Notes: generated by a model from the sequence alone, not told the origin. DNA of 64,000 nt from an uncultured Pseudobdellovibrionaceae bacterium (GCA_964351315.1 CAYGNH010000011.1:50251-114250), one strand, 5' to 3'; positions 9,908 through 19,193 are shown, counted from the first letter of the stretch. Numbers and translations: made by a program.

Positions 9908-10699
9908 CTATTTTGGGCCGGGACTGGAGGGGGTCATCTTGGCTAAGTCCTTTTTCAAAAAAGGGAGCAAAGCCCTGGTGTACTGATCCGGAAAATCTCT
10001 CATCCCATCCAGGTGACGACCATATTCCAATTCGAGGCTCGAAATATCCAGATCGGAATGGGGTTCGAAAACTTGGCGAATACTATCAATGTCGACAATA
10101 TCATCCCGAACCCCTCGAATAGAAAGAATGGAAATCGATTTCGGCCAAACCCTTAAGACCTTATGCAGTTTGGCAAGGGGTTTGTAACCCCAGATGGCGG
10201 TTCCCACGAAAGAAACCAATTTGTTAAGTCTAGGCGTTTTAATTCCCACTTCTTGGGCAAAAAAGTTGCGACTGTTTTCGTAAATCTGATGGAAGGGGCC
10301 ACCATCACAGATCACTTTTAGAATATCGTTGCGGCCATGGCAGGCCCAAAGCGCCGAAAGGCTGGGGCCGGAAAAAGCGAAGATAATTTTGTCACCGTCC
10401 AGATGATCGAGAACCGAACGAATTTGTCGGGTCCAAATGTAAAAAACCCCTTTATAAAAAAAGCGAAGGTCAGGATGCCAGGAATACTTTTTAGAATCGG
10501 AACCCATCAAAAGATTGAAAGTAACGCAATCAAAGCCTTTATCGTTCAGGTACCTATAATGTCGCCATGTTGTTCGATAGGAGCCCCACATGTGATGCAC
10601 AAACACGATCGTGGGCTTGTATCTCTTAACATCGGCTCTGTGAAAATAGACCTTATAACCGTCTTTGGTCAGGACTTCTGATCCCACCACTGTTTCCAA
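9908..10699 (-). CDS. alpha/beta-hydrolase-fold protein
   Basis: PTIVFVHHMWGS oxyanion-type strand, a G-P-S-L-S nucleophile-elbow variant, and later D (VRDDIVD) and H (YGRHLDG). The start overlaps the aceE-like stop by 31 nt. Confidence 0.65.
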   Translation of the reverse strand: METVVGSEVLTKDGYKVYFHRADVKRYKPTIVFVHHMWGSYRTTWRHYRYLNDKGFDCVTFNLLMGSDSKKYSWHPDLRFFYKGVFYIWTRQIRSVLDHLDGDKIIFAFSGPSLSALWACHGRNDILKVICDGGPFHQIYENSRNFFAQEVGIKTPRLNKLVSFVGTAIWGYKPLAKLHKVLRVWPKSISILSIRGVRDDIVDIDSIRQVFEPHSDLDISSLELEYGRHLDGMRDFPDQYTRALLPFLKKDLAKMTPSSPGPK

Positions 10700-13449
10700 T
10701 CACCACTCACTTTGCCTGAATGGGACGCTTGCCCCAGAGCTCGCTGACTAACTTGAATGGTTTCCATGGCCGTTTCAGCGAGAACTTTTCCGCAGGCTTC
10801 GACCACGGCGTCTCCATCGATCCCATGGTACTCATAAATATCCACAGGTCGACCGCACTTAGAGTGCTTACGAACAGCTAAGGCTTCGTGGCGTACACCA
10901 ACGATGGATCCAATGTTATCAAGCAAGCCAGGCTCTCCATCGTGCACTGAAACACAAGGAATTCGGCGACCGGATAAGGTTGCAATTTCGCCCGAGGTGG
11001 CGTTTCCATTGACTGTAGGTTGCAGGTAGAGATCACCTGTTACTTTCAAGGTGTCACGAAGGTAGGAGTAATTGTTCTGATGAGCTAAATTTCCGACGAG
11101 AAGATCGGTACAAGTCACCACGATCACATTGGCGTAGATCCCTTTCTTTAATAATTTTTCGGAGGCTTCGATGGCCTCGGTGACCATAGCGCCCAATGCG
11201 AAAATATTGACGACATTGTCGCCCGGTTCGTATCCGGCATATCCGCGGTAGTCGATCAGGTAGTAGGCGCCGTTCAGAACATCTTTTCGCAAAGTCTGCA
11301 TAATTTCGGCTTCCGATTGGCTACCCACTGTGGATTCGTCCGTGGCCCCCGACATCGGCATGTCCTTGCGAGCCAGAACGGGACTGCTATTTTTAAAACG
11401 TCCCTGCATCTTTAAATATTTCATTAATAATTTTTGATCAATCCCGCGGGTCACACCTCGAATGATCACACCGGTGCGTCCCTCGTTATCGTTTAACAAA
11501 TGTCGACGAATACTTTCAGACAAAATCCAGTCCATTTCTTGGCAAAAAGCCGGCTCCCAAGTAATCTGGTTGGGAATTTGAATATCTGATTTCCACCCAT
11601 GTTGGGCGCCCTCTGGAGAAAGGGTCACACCGGAGGGAGTTCCGACCAATATAAAACTGGATTTCCAATACAGATTGTAAAACAACTGGTCTAAGGCTCG
11701 CTTTAAAAAGAAATCATAAACCGTCATCAATGGAATAATCGGAACACCTGTTATGTCTCGCATGCGTCCATAGGACCCCATGCAAGACATGGTGTTGGCC
11801 TCGGTGATTTCAAAGCGTACAAAACGGTCTGAGTTTTCTTCTTTTGGGATTAAATCGGGAAGCTTGCGGTCTTTGACCCCGTATTCACCTTCAAGATCTT
11901 CTTCGACGGGGGCTCCAAAAATATGTCCGTCCATCGCTGGGTTCAAGTTGGTGCTGGTTCCCACGTCAGGAGCCATGGTGGTTAAAAGTTCACCGGCCGT
12001 GCGCCATTTGGTTTCTTCGGCGGTCAGGGGCTTGTCGTCCACCCCATCTTTGGTGTTGGCAATTCGGGTCAACTTGGCCGCACACTGCCCCAACATCCAC
12101 TGGGTGTGGGGGTAGCTTGCCATTTTCAAGTTGATTTCCATACTGTCGGGAATTCCACCATCTTGCTCGATTTGTTTGGCAAAAAAATCTTGGTTTTGTT
12201 TTTTGATTTCAAATTGTTTTTGCATGTCGCTGGCAATTTTCTCGCCACGCAGTTTAAGAAACTGGCCTTCATCCGTTTTAGGGGCGAAAGGAGCAAACAG
12301 GGTGTCGGCAGACAGTCCCTGCTTCTCTTGCAATTCCTGCATTTCTTGTTTGCTTGGAAGGGAAGAGTGGTTCCCTTGCTCCGCTTCCATTTGCAGGCCC
12401 CAGCCTTTTAGAGTGTGGCAAATAACAATGGTGGGTCGTTTGGGATCTTTTTTAGAAGCTTCAAAGGCTGTTTTAAGTTCTTCCACATCGTGGCCGCCGA
12501 GGTCACGGAGTCCTTGGTAAAGCTCTTGGTCGGAAACGTCGGCTAAAAAGCTTTTTAACTCCGAATATTTTTTCTTCATTTGGGTTTTAAGTTCTTTTGG
12601 GTCACGAATAAGCAACAGTGCCTGAAAAGCATAGTCGCTCAGATCATCCTCAAGGAACTTCTTAAAAACGTCACCGCCTTTGCGTTTAAAAAGCTCTTTA
12701 CGCACTTGACCGTGGCGAACCTGAATCACTTCCCAGCCATTGGCCTTCATGGTTCCCTCGACACGTTCGTTGTCGGTTCCTCCCATAATTTCTTTATTGG
12801 TCATTCTGTGACCATCCAGACTTTGTCGGTTGTAATCAAGAATCCAGGTGAGGTTGCCAATTTCTCTTTCCGCAAAATCAGGAGTGGCTTCAAACAAAGA
12901 CCCTTCTCGAAACTCCGCATCCCCCATGATGCACCAAAAGTGGGCGTCAGGAACGGTGTAACCATGCTTTTTAGCAAAGCGATAGGCCAGCGCCAGGTAC
13001 CCGGCATTGACCGGAGGAATTCCAACTGTTCCGGAAGGAAAAAAGTTGTGTTGGTCGGGATCAAAAACCGAATGATAACTTTGAAAGCTGTGGGGGTACT
13101 CCTCGTTTGGAAAGGCCCGCAGTCGCATCATGGCTTTGTCTTTTTCCTCTTGAGTGAGTTTTGACCCATCCGAATTGTACAGTTGATCCAATAAATAATT
13201 AAAGGCGTGATCAGCCGGAGAGGCATGGGGCTTATTACAAATATGGTCATAGCCGTTCTTAACGAAAAGATGGAGCGTTCCCAAAATATGCAAAGCTGAA
13301 CTGCTGCCCGAGGCATGTCCACCGACTTTTGGGTCACCTTTTGCTTTGTCTTTGCGATTGTTCGCTTGATAAATCATCTGCGTGGCCAAGTAATGGGCCC
13401 TTGAGAAAATAGAATTTAAAGCTTTACTTGATACACTCGCTTTAGCCAT
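10669..13449 (-). CDS. aceE: pyruvate dehydrogenase E1 component, homodimeric (AceE) type
   Basis: 926 aa. N-terminal GDPKVGGHASGSSSALHILG, ThDP motif GDAEFREGS...LDYNRQSLDG, transketolase-like C-terminal half. GAGG RBS. Confidence 0.88.
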   Translation of the reverse strand: MAKASVSSKALNSIFSRAHYLATQMIYQANNRKDKAKGDPKVGGHASGSSSALHILGTLHLFVKNGYDHICNKPHASPADHAFNYLLDQLYNSDGSKLTQEEKDKAMMRLRAFPNEEYPHSFQSYHSVFDPDQHNFFPSGTVGIPPVNAGYLALAYRFAKKHGYTVPDAHFWCIMGDAEFREGSLFEATPDFAEREIGNLTWILDYNRQSLDGHRMTNKEIMGGTDNERVEGTMKANGWEVIQVRHGQVRKELFKRKGGDVFKKFLEDDLSDYAFQALLLIRDPKELKTQMKKKYSELKSFLADVSDQELYQGLRDLGGHDVEELKTAFEASKKDPKRPTIVICHTLKGWGLQMEAEQGNHSSLPSKQEMQELQEKQGLSADTLFAPFAPKTDEGQFLKLRGEKIASDMQKQFEIKKQNQDFFAKQIEQDGGIPDSMEINLKMASYPHTQWMLGQCAAKLTRIANTKDGVDDKPLTAEETKWRTAGELLTTMAPDVGTSTNLNPAMDGHIFGAPVEEDLEGEYGVKDRKLPDLIPKEENSDRFVRFEITEANTMSCMGSYGRMRDITGVPIIPLMTVYDFFLKRALDQLFYNLYWKSSFILVGTPSGVTLSPEGAQHGWKSDIQIPNQITWEPAFCQEMDWILSESIRRHLLNDNEGRTGVIIRGVTRGIDQKLLMKYLKMQGRFKNSSPVLARKDMPMSGATDESTVGSQSEAEIMQTLRKDVLNGAYYLIDYRGYAGYEPGDNVVNIFALGAMVTEAIEASEKLLKKGIYANVIVVTCTDLLVGNLAHQNNYSYLRDTLKVTGDLYLQPTVNGNATSGEIATLSGRRIPCVSVHDGEPGLLDNIGSIVGVRHEALAVRKHSKCGRPVDIYEYHGIDGDAVVEACGKVLAETAMETIQVSQRALGQASHSGKVSGDWKQWWDQKS

Positions 13450-13536
13450 GACTACCTCTTTCGTTTGTGCCGGATCTTAAGCAAAAAATGGGTCATCTGT
13501 GAAGCCTTTTTTCTACCTTTAACATATTAAAATAAA

Positions 13537-14397
13537 TCAGGTTTCTAGAACGAAGTCCCAGGGAATTTCCACCACGCCTTGGCCTGTCACAAGGCCAGTA
13601 GGGGGGTTGGGGAAGGGGGCTGCGGCCTTAAAAGCTTCAATCGCTGCATCGTCGAGATCATTGTATCCCGAGGCGTTTTTAACTTGGATTCTCTGGAGTT
13701 CACCGTGTTTATCGAGAGTTATGACAAGGCGGGTAATTTTGTCGTTGGTGCTGGCGATTCGCCGACCTTTCCGAAGAATTTTCACGATTTTTTGTTTGAT
13801 CCTTGGCTCCCAGTGCTGGCGGAGCTTGCTCTTAATGCGGTTATAGTAAGAGTAGTAGACAAACTCGCGCGTGCGCAGAAGAGTTTCGGCTCCGACGGCC
13901 ACATCTTTCAGATAGTCGTCATTCTGGCTGATCTCGGCTCCAGAGAGGGCGGGCTCGGGCGGTGGAGTCAGTTTTGCGGCTGCATAATCTGTGTTGAAAA
14001 GGCTCGGTTTCAAGCTATTCAAAGTCTTTTGCTTTTTACTGACGGGAGTTGCGGCTTGAGCTTTTTTGGCTGGTGCCTCTTGGGTGTTCTTTCGGTTTTT
14101 GAACTCGCCATTTTTGGCCGACTTGGTTTCTTTTAGCACATTCTGATCATTTTTACTCAGCTTGTAGTCATCCAGGGGCTTTTCGTCATTCACAGATTTG
14201 TCATCTTGTTGAACAATCTGACGTTGCTTCAGCTCGTCCGGGGAGGGGCGCAGCTCCACCCACTCGATCTGTGCTGGTTTTTTTTCTGCAATCGCATTTT
14301 TCTTGCGGTTTTCGCTGATCAAAAGAAAGAGCAACAAAACGATGTGGAAAACGACAGAAAGGATAAATGCAATACGGGAGTTCTTTTTCTCTTTCAT
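13537..14397 (-). CDS. TonB-like energy transducer
   Basis: N-terminal TM anchor, a charged/Pro-containing linker, and a C-terminal TonB-type domain (GELQRIQVKNASGYNDLDDAAIEAFKAAAPFPNPP). Confidence 0.8.
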   Translation of the reverse strand: MKEKKNSRIAFILSVVFHIVLLLFLLISENRKKNAIAEKKPAQIEWVELRPSPDELKQRQIVQQDDKSVNDEKPLDDYKLSKNDQNVLKETKSAKNGEFKNRKNTQEAPAKKAQAATPVSKKQKTLNSLKPSLFNTDYAAAKLTPPPEPALSGAEISQNDDYLKDVAVGAETLLRTREFVYYSYYNRIKSKLRQHWEPRIKQKIVKILRKGRRIASTNDKITRLVITLDKHGELQRIQVKNASGYNDLDDAAIEAFKAAAPFPNPPTGLVTGQGVVEIPWDFVLET

Positions 14398-14486
14398 TGT
14401 TCACCTATCGGTCTTTTCCGGTGAATTATTGAGAGAGAAAAATAAAAATCTTTGAGTTGTTTACCGGACTTGCGTAAAATTGGGGT

Positions 14487-15218
14487 ATGAAAGTCACTGC
14501 CTATGGACTTACCGACGTTGGTCTTAAAAGAAGTAAGAACGAAGACAACCTTTTGGTCGACGAGGACATGGGTTTGTTTATCGTGGCTGACGGTATGGGC
14601 GGGCATAAGGGCGGAGACCTAGCGTCGCGATTGGCCGTTGAAGCTATGAAAGATGTGGTTCGCACTCACCGCGAAGAGCACACTTTTCTGTCGCCAAGGG
14701 CAATGCTTGAGGAAGGTTACAGCGAAGCCAGTTCCCGAATTTATGCCGAAAGCCAGTTGAACAATAAGATGTTCCAGGGGATGGGCACGACTTTGGTCGC
14801 AGCCTATGTTCATGATAACGAAATTTTCATTGGCAACGTCGGCGATTCTCGCGCCTATTACTTCAATAAGCAGTATATGTGGCAGATGACAGAAGATCAT
14901 TCTTTAGTGAACGAACATATTCGCGCCGGACTTTTAAAAGATAGTGAAGCCAAAGACTTTCAAGCCAAGAACATAATAACGCGAAGCGTGGGTTTTGAGA
15001 GAGACGTAAGGTGCGACATTATAAAAAAGCCACTTCTGGCCGGAGATCAATTTCTGCTTTGTTCGGATGGACTTTGCGGTTTGGTTGAAGATGAAGAGAT
15101 TCATCAGATTTGCCGCAACAACACCATGGATGAAGCCGTGAAAATCTGCGTGGAAATGGCGAAAGAAGCGGGTGGCGATGACAATATCACTGTCGTTCTT
15201 ATCGATGTGTCCAATTAA
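14487..15218 (+). CDS. PP2C-family Ser/Thr protein phosphatase
   Basis: RSKNEDN, ADGMGGH, GTTLV, SDGL and GGDDNITVV motifs. 243 aa. Confidence 0.92.
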   Translation: MKVTAYGLTDVGLKRSKNEDNLLVDEDMGLFIVADGMGGHKGGDLASRLAVEAMKDVVRTHREEHTFLSPRAMLEEGYSEASSRIYAESQLNNKMFQGMGTTLVAAYVHDNEIFIGNVGDSRAYYFNKQYMWQMTEDHSLVNEHIRAGLLKDSEAKDFQAKNIITRSVGFERDVRCDIIKKPLLAGDQFLLCSDGLCGLVEDEEIHQICRNNTMDEAVKICVEMAKEAGGDDNITVVLIDVSN

Positions 15219-15286
15219 AATCTTTCTTTGTCAGCTAATCTTCGTTTCGAACAATCACTGAGTCACTATTGATCCATGGTTGTAGT

Positions 15287-16663
15287 TCATTTAGGGGCGA
15301 CGCAAAACCACTGGGTGCCGTTCTCAGTTTTTAAACGCCCATGAAAAACACCATTTTTAGAGACATTGTTGAACCTTAATGAAGTGTTACTAAGGTTTAT
15401 TATTTTCAAGTTGGACAGTAAAAGGGTGGCGTGGTCGTTGCTACAAGGAGTTTTCTTGGCAGTCACCCAATGTTCGCCTGGCTGAAAGCTGAACTCAAAA
15501 CTTGGACTGGAGAATGTATGGGGTGAGGCCAGCTCGATCATCTGCACTTCTTTTATGCCAGGGAAGTCAAAGAAGGATCGATAAACTCCCTGGGTCGAAA
15601 AAGAACTGAATTGTAAGCCCGCACTAGGAACAACAACTTTAAGAACCTTCGGGTTCGCCAGATCACTAATAATTTTGTCGAGCTTTCCATCGGCATCAAT
15701 TTTGTGCATCTCTCGAATGGAGGCCCGCAAAAACTCGGTTTGAGCGGCATTGTCTACTTTGTCCCGCAGGGGCTTAAAGCGCTGGGCTAAAAGCTCCATG
15801 GGAGAAGAACCCAACCGAACCGACTGTTGCCAATTGGTGCCACCTTGATTCAACAAGATTCCAGTTAATGTTCCAAGAACGTAGGACTCATGGCTCAGGC
15901 TAAATCTTTGTTGAAAAGACGGACTTGTTTCAGATTTTTTTCTGAAAAACTCATAGGGCTCAAGCTTAGATGAGCTATGATTATTATAAAACAGAGTCAT
16001 CATGTCATTGGTGTAAAACTGCGCCGTTCCCTCGAAGCGATCGGTATAGTTTTCATATTCTTCTTTAAAATTATTTTTCCACTTGTAGAACCAGTAGGAG
16101 TATTTTTGCAAACTTTTTGGATCTTTGAAGTGTAAGTGGTTCACTAAATTCTTCTTCATTTCCCAACGATAATAACGAGGGATCGCTTGTAGTGGATAAA
16201 TATCGCCTCGGCCCTCGGCGTTTTTTTGCTTTTTCCATTCTTGCTGAAAAAAAACATGAAATCCCTCGTGAACAATCACCGTCATTAAGTCTTCAGGCGA
16301 TGGGTTACTGTAATTATCAAGATGAAGTATTAGGTACTGTTGATCGTCAATTTTTTGAGTGTCGAATCCAATTTTGGTTTTTGGTATTTTGTTTTTCCAT
16401 TGGCTCCACTCTAGGGATTGTAGTTCATTTCTTATGAGTCGCTTTGCCACCTTCTCTTTAAACGAAACAAATAGAATGGGGTAGTCCATCAGATTGTAGG
16501 TGGGCCAGGGGCGGTTGGAATCTTTGTACAGCAGAATTAGGTTTTTAGCCGTTTTCTCGACGCTTGCGTTTAGTGATTTTTCTTTACTGGCGCAGCTCAC
16601 CAGGAAAAAACTGCAGCAAAGAATGGTGAAAAAGCATGTTGGGAGCCTAATGTTCTGAAACAT
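15287..16663 (-). CDS. lipoprotein with HExxH motif (putative zinc metallopeptidase)
   Basis: Signal peptide plus lipobox FLVSCAS. VIVHEGFHVF contains HEGFH. Otherwise unrecognised. Confidence 0.6.
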   Translation of the reverse strand: MFQNIRLPTCFFTILCCSFFLVSCASKEKSLNASVEKTAKNLILLYKDSNRPWPTYNLMDYPILFVSFKEKVAKRLIRNELQSLEWSQWKNKIPKTKIGFDTQKIDDQQYLILHLDNYSNPSPEDLMTVIVHEGFHVFFQQEWKKQKNAEGRGDIYPLQAIPRYYRWEMKKNLVNHLHFKDPKSLQKYSYWFYKWKNNFKEEYENYTDRFEGTAQFYTNDMMTLFYNNHSSSKLEPYEFFRKKSETSPSFQQRFSLSHESYVLGTLTGILLNQGGTNWQQSVRLGSSPMELLAQRFKPLRDKVDNAAQTEFLRASIREMHKIDADGKLDKIISDLANPKVLKVVVPSAGLQFSSFSTQGVYRSFFDFPGIKEVQMIELASPHTFSSPSFEFSFQPGEHWVTAKKTPCSNDHATLLLSNLKIINLSNTSLRFNNVSKNGVFHGRLKTENGTQWFCVAPK

Positions 16664-16732
16664 AAAAATCTCTCACTGTTGGATGTTCAGTATTTCATAC
16701 AAAGACTTCATTTTGTAGGTTATTGTTACCCT

Positions 16733-17371
16733 ATGGAGTTCATACAGGCTGAAGAGCAAAAACTTGTCGATCAGTTGCTGAATTGGGGGATCCCCAGGAC
16801 TTATCAACGGGGTGATCATGTTTATGATGAGGGCGAGTCGGCCAAGGGGCTTTACTATATAAAGTCTGGTTTGACTGGACTCATAAAGTACGCTCCTAAT
16901 GGCTCGGAAAACTTGATTCGAATTTTCAAGTCCCAACAATTTTTTGGACATCGTTCGTTGTTTTCTGGAGAGAAGCACCATGGTTCAGCGAAATGCTTAG
17001 AGCCCACAGAGATTCTATTTTGTAACAATGATCTGGTTTTTCAAGTTTTTGACGGCGAGCCTCGTTCTTACTTCTTCTTAGCTCGGGCTTTGGCAAAAGA
17101 ATTGCGTCGAGCAGAAGAAAGAAGTTTGGTTGTATCTGAAGGGGACGTTATCGAAAGAGTTTCGTCGGCCCTTTTACTGTTTAAAAAACTTCAACCCGAT
17201 CATCTATGGACCCGGACTGAGATTGCCAATTACTGTGCCAGTAGGACTCCGACGGTGATCAAGGCCTTAGGGCAACTTGAGTCCCAGGGCATCATTCGTC
17301 AGCAAGGGCGAACCATTGAAATCATTGATGAAAATCATTTGGTTAGAATTCTTAACGGCGAGTCCAAATAA
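16733..17371 (+). CDS. Crp/Fnr-family transcriptional regulator
   Basis: cNMP-binding-like beta-roll (YDEGESAKGLYYIKSGLTGL...FFGHRSLF) and a C-terminal HTH (RTEIANYCASRTPTVIKALGQLESQGII). No N-terminal Fnr Cys cluster. Start set at ATG 16733. Confidence 0.85.
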   Translation: MEFIQAEEQKLVDQLLNWGIPRTYQRGDHVYDEGESAKGLYYIKSGLTGLIKYAPNGSENLIRIFKSQQFFGHRSLFSGEKHHGSAKCLEPTEILFCNNDLVFQVFDGEPRSYFFLARALAKELRRAEERSLVVSEGDVIERVSSALLLFKKLQPDHLWTRTEIANYCASRTPTVIKALGQLESQGIIRQQGRTIEIIDENHLVRILNGESK

Positions 17372-17381
17372 AGTCAGCTTG

Positions 17382-17424
17382 TATAAGCTAGATGATAAAA
17401 GGAACTTTCGAACCCGCTTATAAT
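17382..17424 (+). promoter_or_regulatory. operator-promoter module copy 1: imperfect palindrome TATAAGCTAGATGATA (17382-17397) plus TATAAT -10 box (17419-17424)
   Basis: It has the same 12-nt core, the same 21-nt gap and the same perfect TATAAT as 19128-19170. The -35 position is a poor match to TTGACA. Confidence 0.6.
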
Positions 17425-17450
17425 AATCTCCATAGGAAGGAGTGAGATCT

Positions 17451-17876
17451 ATGGAAATATGGTCGACAGAATGGACGTTTGCTCTCGTTGGAGGACTGAT
17501 CATCGGTCTTGCCGTGACATTTATGCTCTTACTGCAAGGGCGGGTTACGGGAATCAGCGGAATCTTGTATGGCATTCTTAACCCTACTGAAAAAAATTGG
17601 GGTTGGAGAGGCTTCTTTATCGCAGGTTTGCTTTTAGGAGGATTGATTCTGCAAATCAACTATCCCGAAACCTTACACAACAGTTTAGATTATGGGCCCT
17701 TGCGTTTGGCAGCGGCTGGTTTTTTGGTTGGATATGGAACGGTGTTGGGTAATGGCTGCACCAGTGGGCATGGAGTTTGTGGAATCAGTCGGTTCTCGCT
17801 TCGATCGATCGCTGCCACCTTGACCTTTATGTTTCTGGGAATACTGACTGTGGCGTTTGTTAAAGTTTTGGTTTGA
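17451..17876 (+). CDS. YeeE/YedE-family sulfur-compound transporter subunit
   Basis: GNGCTSGHGVCG motif, 4 TM. GGAAGGAG RBS 7 nt before ATG 17451. Confidence 0.85.
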   Translation: MEIWSTEWTFALVGGLIIGLAVTFMLLLQGRVTGISGILYGILNPTEKNWGWRGFFIAGLLLGGLILQINYPETLHNSLDYGPLRLAAAGFLVGYGTVLGNGCTSGHGVCGISRFSLRSIAATLTFMFLGILTVAFVKVLV

Positions 17877-17884
17877 GAGGAATT

Positions 17885-18316
17885 ATGAGAAAAAATATCA
17901 GCGCATTGAGTATGGGAATTTTATTTGCGATCGGCCTTGGAATCTCTGGAATGACCCAACCTCAAAAAGTGATCGGCTTTTTAGATCTGTTTGGTAATTG
18001 GAACCCGGCCTTGGCTTTTGTGATGGTTGGGGCGATTCTTCTTCACTCCATCGCATTTCCTCTGATCACAAAGCGGAAAAGCCCAATCTTAGAGGACCAA
18101 TTTCATCTGCCGACACGTTCAGAGTTGTCGGGCTCTCTTTTAACCGGTGCCGCCCTCTTTGGAATGGGTTGGGGACTTGGAGGCTACTGTCCAGGACCGG
18201 GCCTCACTAGCTTGGCTTCGGGAAATGTAGAAAGCTTTATTTTTGTGGGAGGAATGATTGGGGGCATGGTGGCTTTCAAGTTCAGTCGACCTCTTGTGGA
18301 TAAAATATTTGATTAG
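17885..18316 (+). CDS. YeeE/YedE-family sulfur-compound transporter subunit (second half-size paralogue)
   Basis: GGYCPGPG motif, 4 TM. Abuts the previous gene. Confidence 0.85.
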   Translation: MRKNISALSMGILFAIGLGISGMTQPQKVIGFLDLFGNWNPALAFVMVGAILLHSIAFPLITKRKSPILEDQFHLPTRSELSGSLLTGAALFGMGWGLGGYCPGPGLTSLASGNVESFIFVGGMIGGMVAFKFSRPLVDKIFD

Positions 18317-18324
18317 GAGTGAGT

Positions 18325-19125
18325 ATGGAGTTTTTAGGATATCTTGCCACTGTTGTAATGGGTGTTTCGCTTGGATTGATGGGTGGAGGAGGTTCCATCC
18401 TGATTGTTCCAATCTTGATCTATCTCTTTAAAATTGATGCTGTGAACGCGACGGCATATTCGCTCTTTATTGTCGGTTTGGCTTCCGGGTTTGGTGCCTT
18501 TGGAAAATTCCGCGAGGGTTTAGTCAATTTAAAAATAGGAATTGTCTTTGCCATCCCTGGTTTTGTGGGAGTTTTTCTAACAAGAGCTTTTGTGATTCCC
18601 CATCTTCCCGATCACATAGCCAACATTGGGAGTTTTGTCCTGACCAAAGACATTCTGATTCTACTAACCTTTGCTGTTATGATGATTTTGGCATCAGTTT
18701 CTATGATTCGCGGTAATAAAGACAAAGTGGTGAAATCTGAAAAACTCCCTAAAAATAATAAAACATGGTTGATTGGGGTCGAGGGATTGGTGGTGGGTTC
18801 CTTAACAGGGTTTGTTGGCGCCGGAGGTGGTTTTTTAATTATTCCAGCATTGGTGGTTTTAGCCCGTGTTCCTATGAAAATGGCGGTGGGAACCTCACTC
18901 ATGATTATCTCCTTCAAGTCTCTTTTTGGTTTTGTCGGAGATGTCATGGTCAACCCAAACATTGAATGGGGTTTTTTGCTGATTCTGTCTATGCTGTCTG
19001 TGGTTGGTATTTTTCTCGGATCATTTTTGTCGAGATTTGTCTCTGAATCCAAACTCAAAATAGCTTTCGGCTATTTTGTGCTAATTGTGGGGACCTTCAT
19101 TCTTGGCCAGCAGCTTTACTCGTAA
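18325..19125 (+). CDS. TauE/SafE-family (DUF81) sulfite/anion exporter
   Basis: Repeated GGGGSILIVP and GAGGGFLIIPAL motifs, about 8 TM. AGGAG 5 nt before ATG 18325. Confidence 0.85.
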   Translation: MEFLGYLATVVMGVSLGLMGGGGSILIVPILIYLFKIDAVNATAYSLFIVGLASGFGAFGKFREGLVNLKIGIVFAIPGFVGVFLTRAFVIPHLPDHIANIGSFVLTKDILILLTFAVMMILASVSMIRGNKDKVVKSEKLPKNNKTWLIGVEGLVVGSLTGFVGAGGGFLIIPALVVLARVPMKMAVGTSLMIISFKSLFGFVGDVMVNPNIEWGFLLILSMLSVVGIFLGSFLSRFVSESKLKIAFGYFVLIVGTFILGQQLYS

Positions 19126-19127
19126 AC

Positions 19128-19170
19128 TATAAGCTAGATTATAAAGAATACCGCTTGTCTTGGTTATAAT
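19128..19170 (+). promoter_or_regulatory. operator-promoter module copy 2: palindrome TATAAGCTAGATTATA (19128-19143, 14/16 symmetric) plus TATAAT (19165-19170)
   Basis: Starts 3 nt after the TauE stop. Its geometry is identical to copy 1. Confidence 0.6.
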
Positions 19171-19193
19171 AGAGTCATAAATGGAGGCTTCTT

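Noticed and set aside
12580-13164. 194-aa + ORF, and several other + ORFs (11780..12115, 12106..12520), inside aceE
   Set aside because: They are antisense to a gene with clear ThDP/E1 motifs. These are typical shadow frames with no motifs.
13579-14136. 185-aa + ORF antisense to the TonB-like gene
   Set aside because: The TonB-like reading frame has the TM anchor and C-terminal domain. The antisense frame is low-complexity.
13537-15218. The TonB-like gene and PP2C phosphatase as a possible signalling module
   Set aside because: The genes are divergent. There are no ExbBD, kinase, FHA or receptor genes nearby. Adjacency alone does not support a system.
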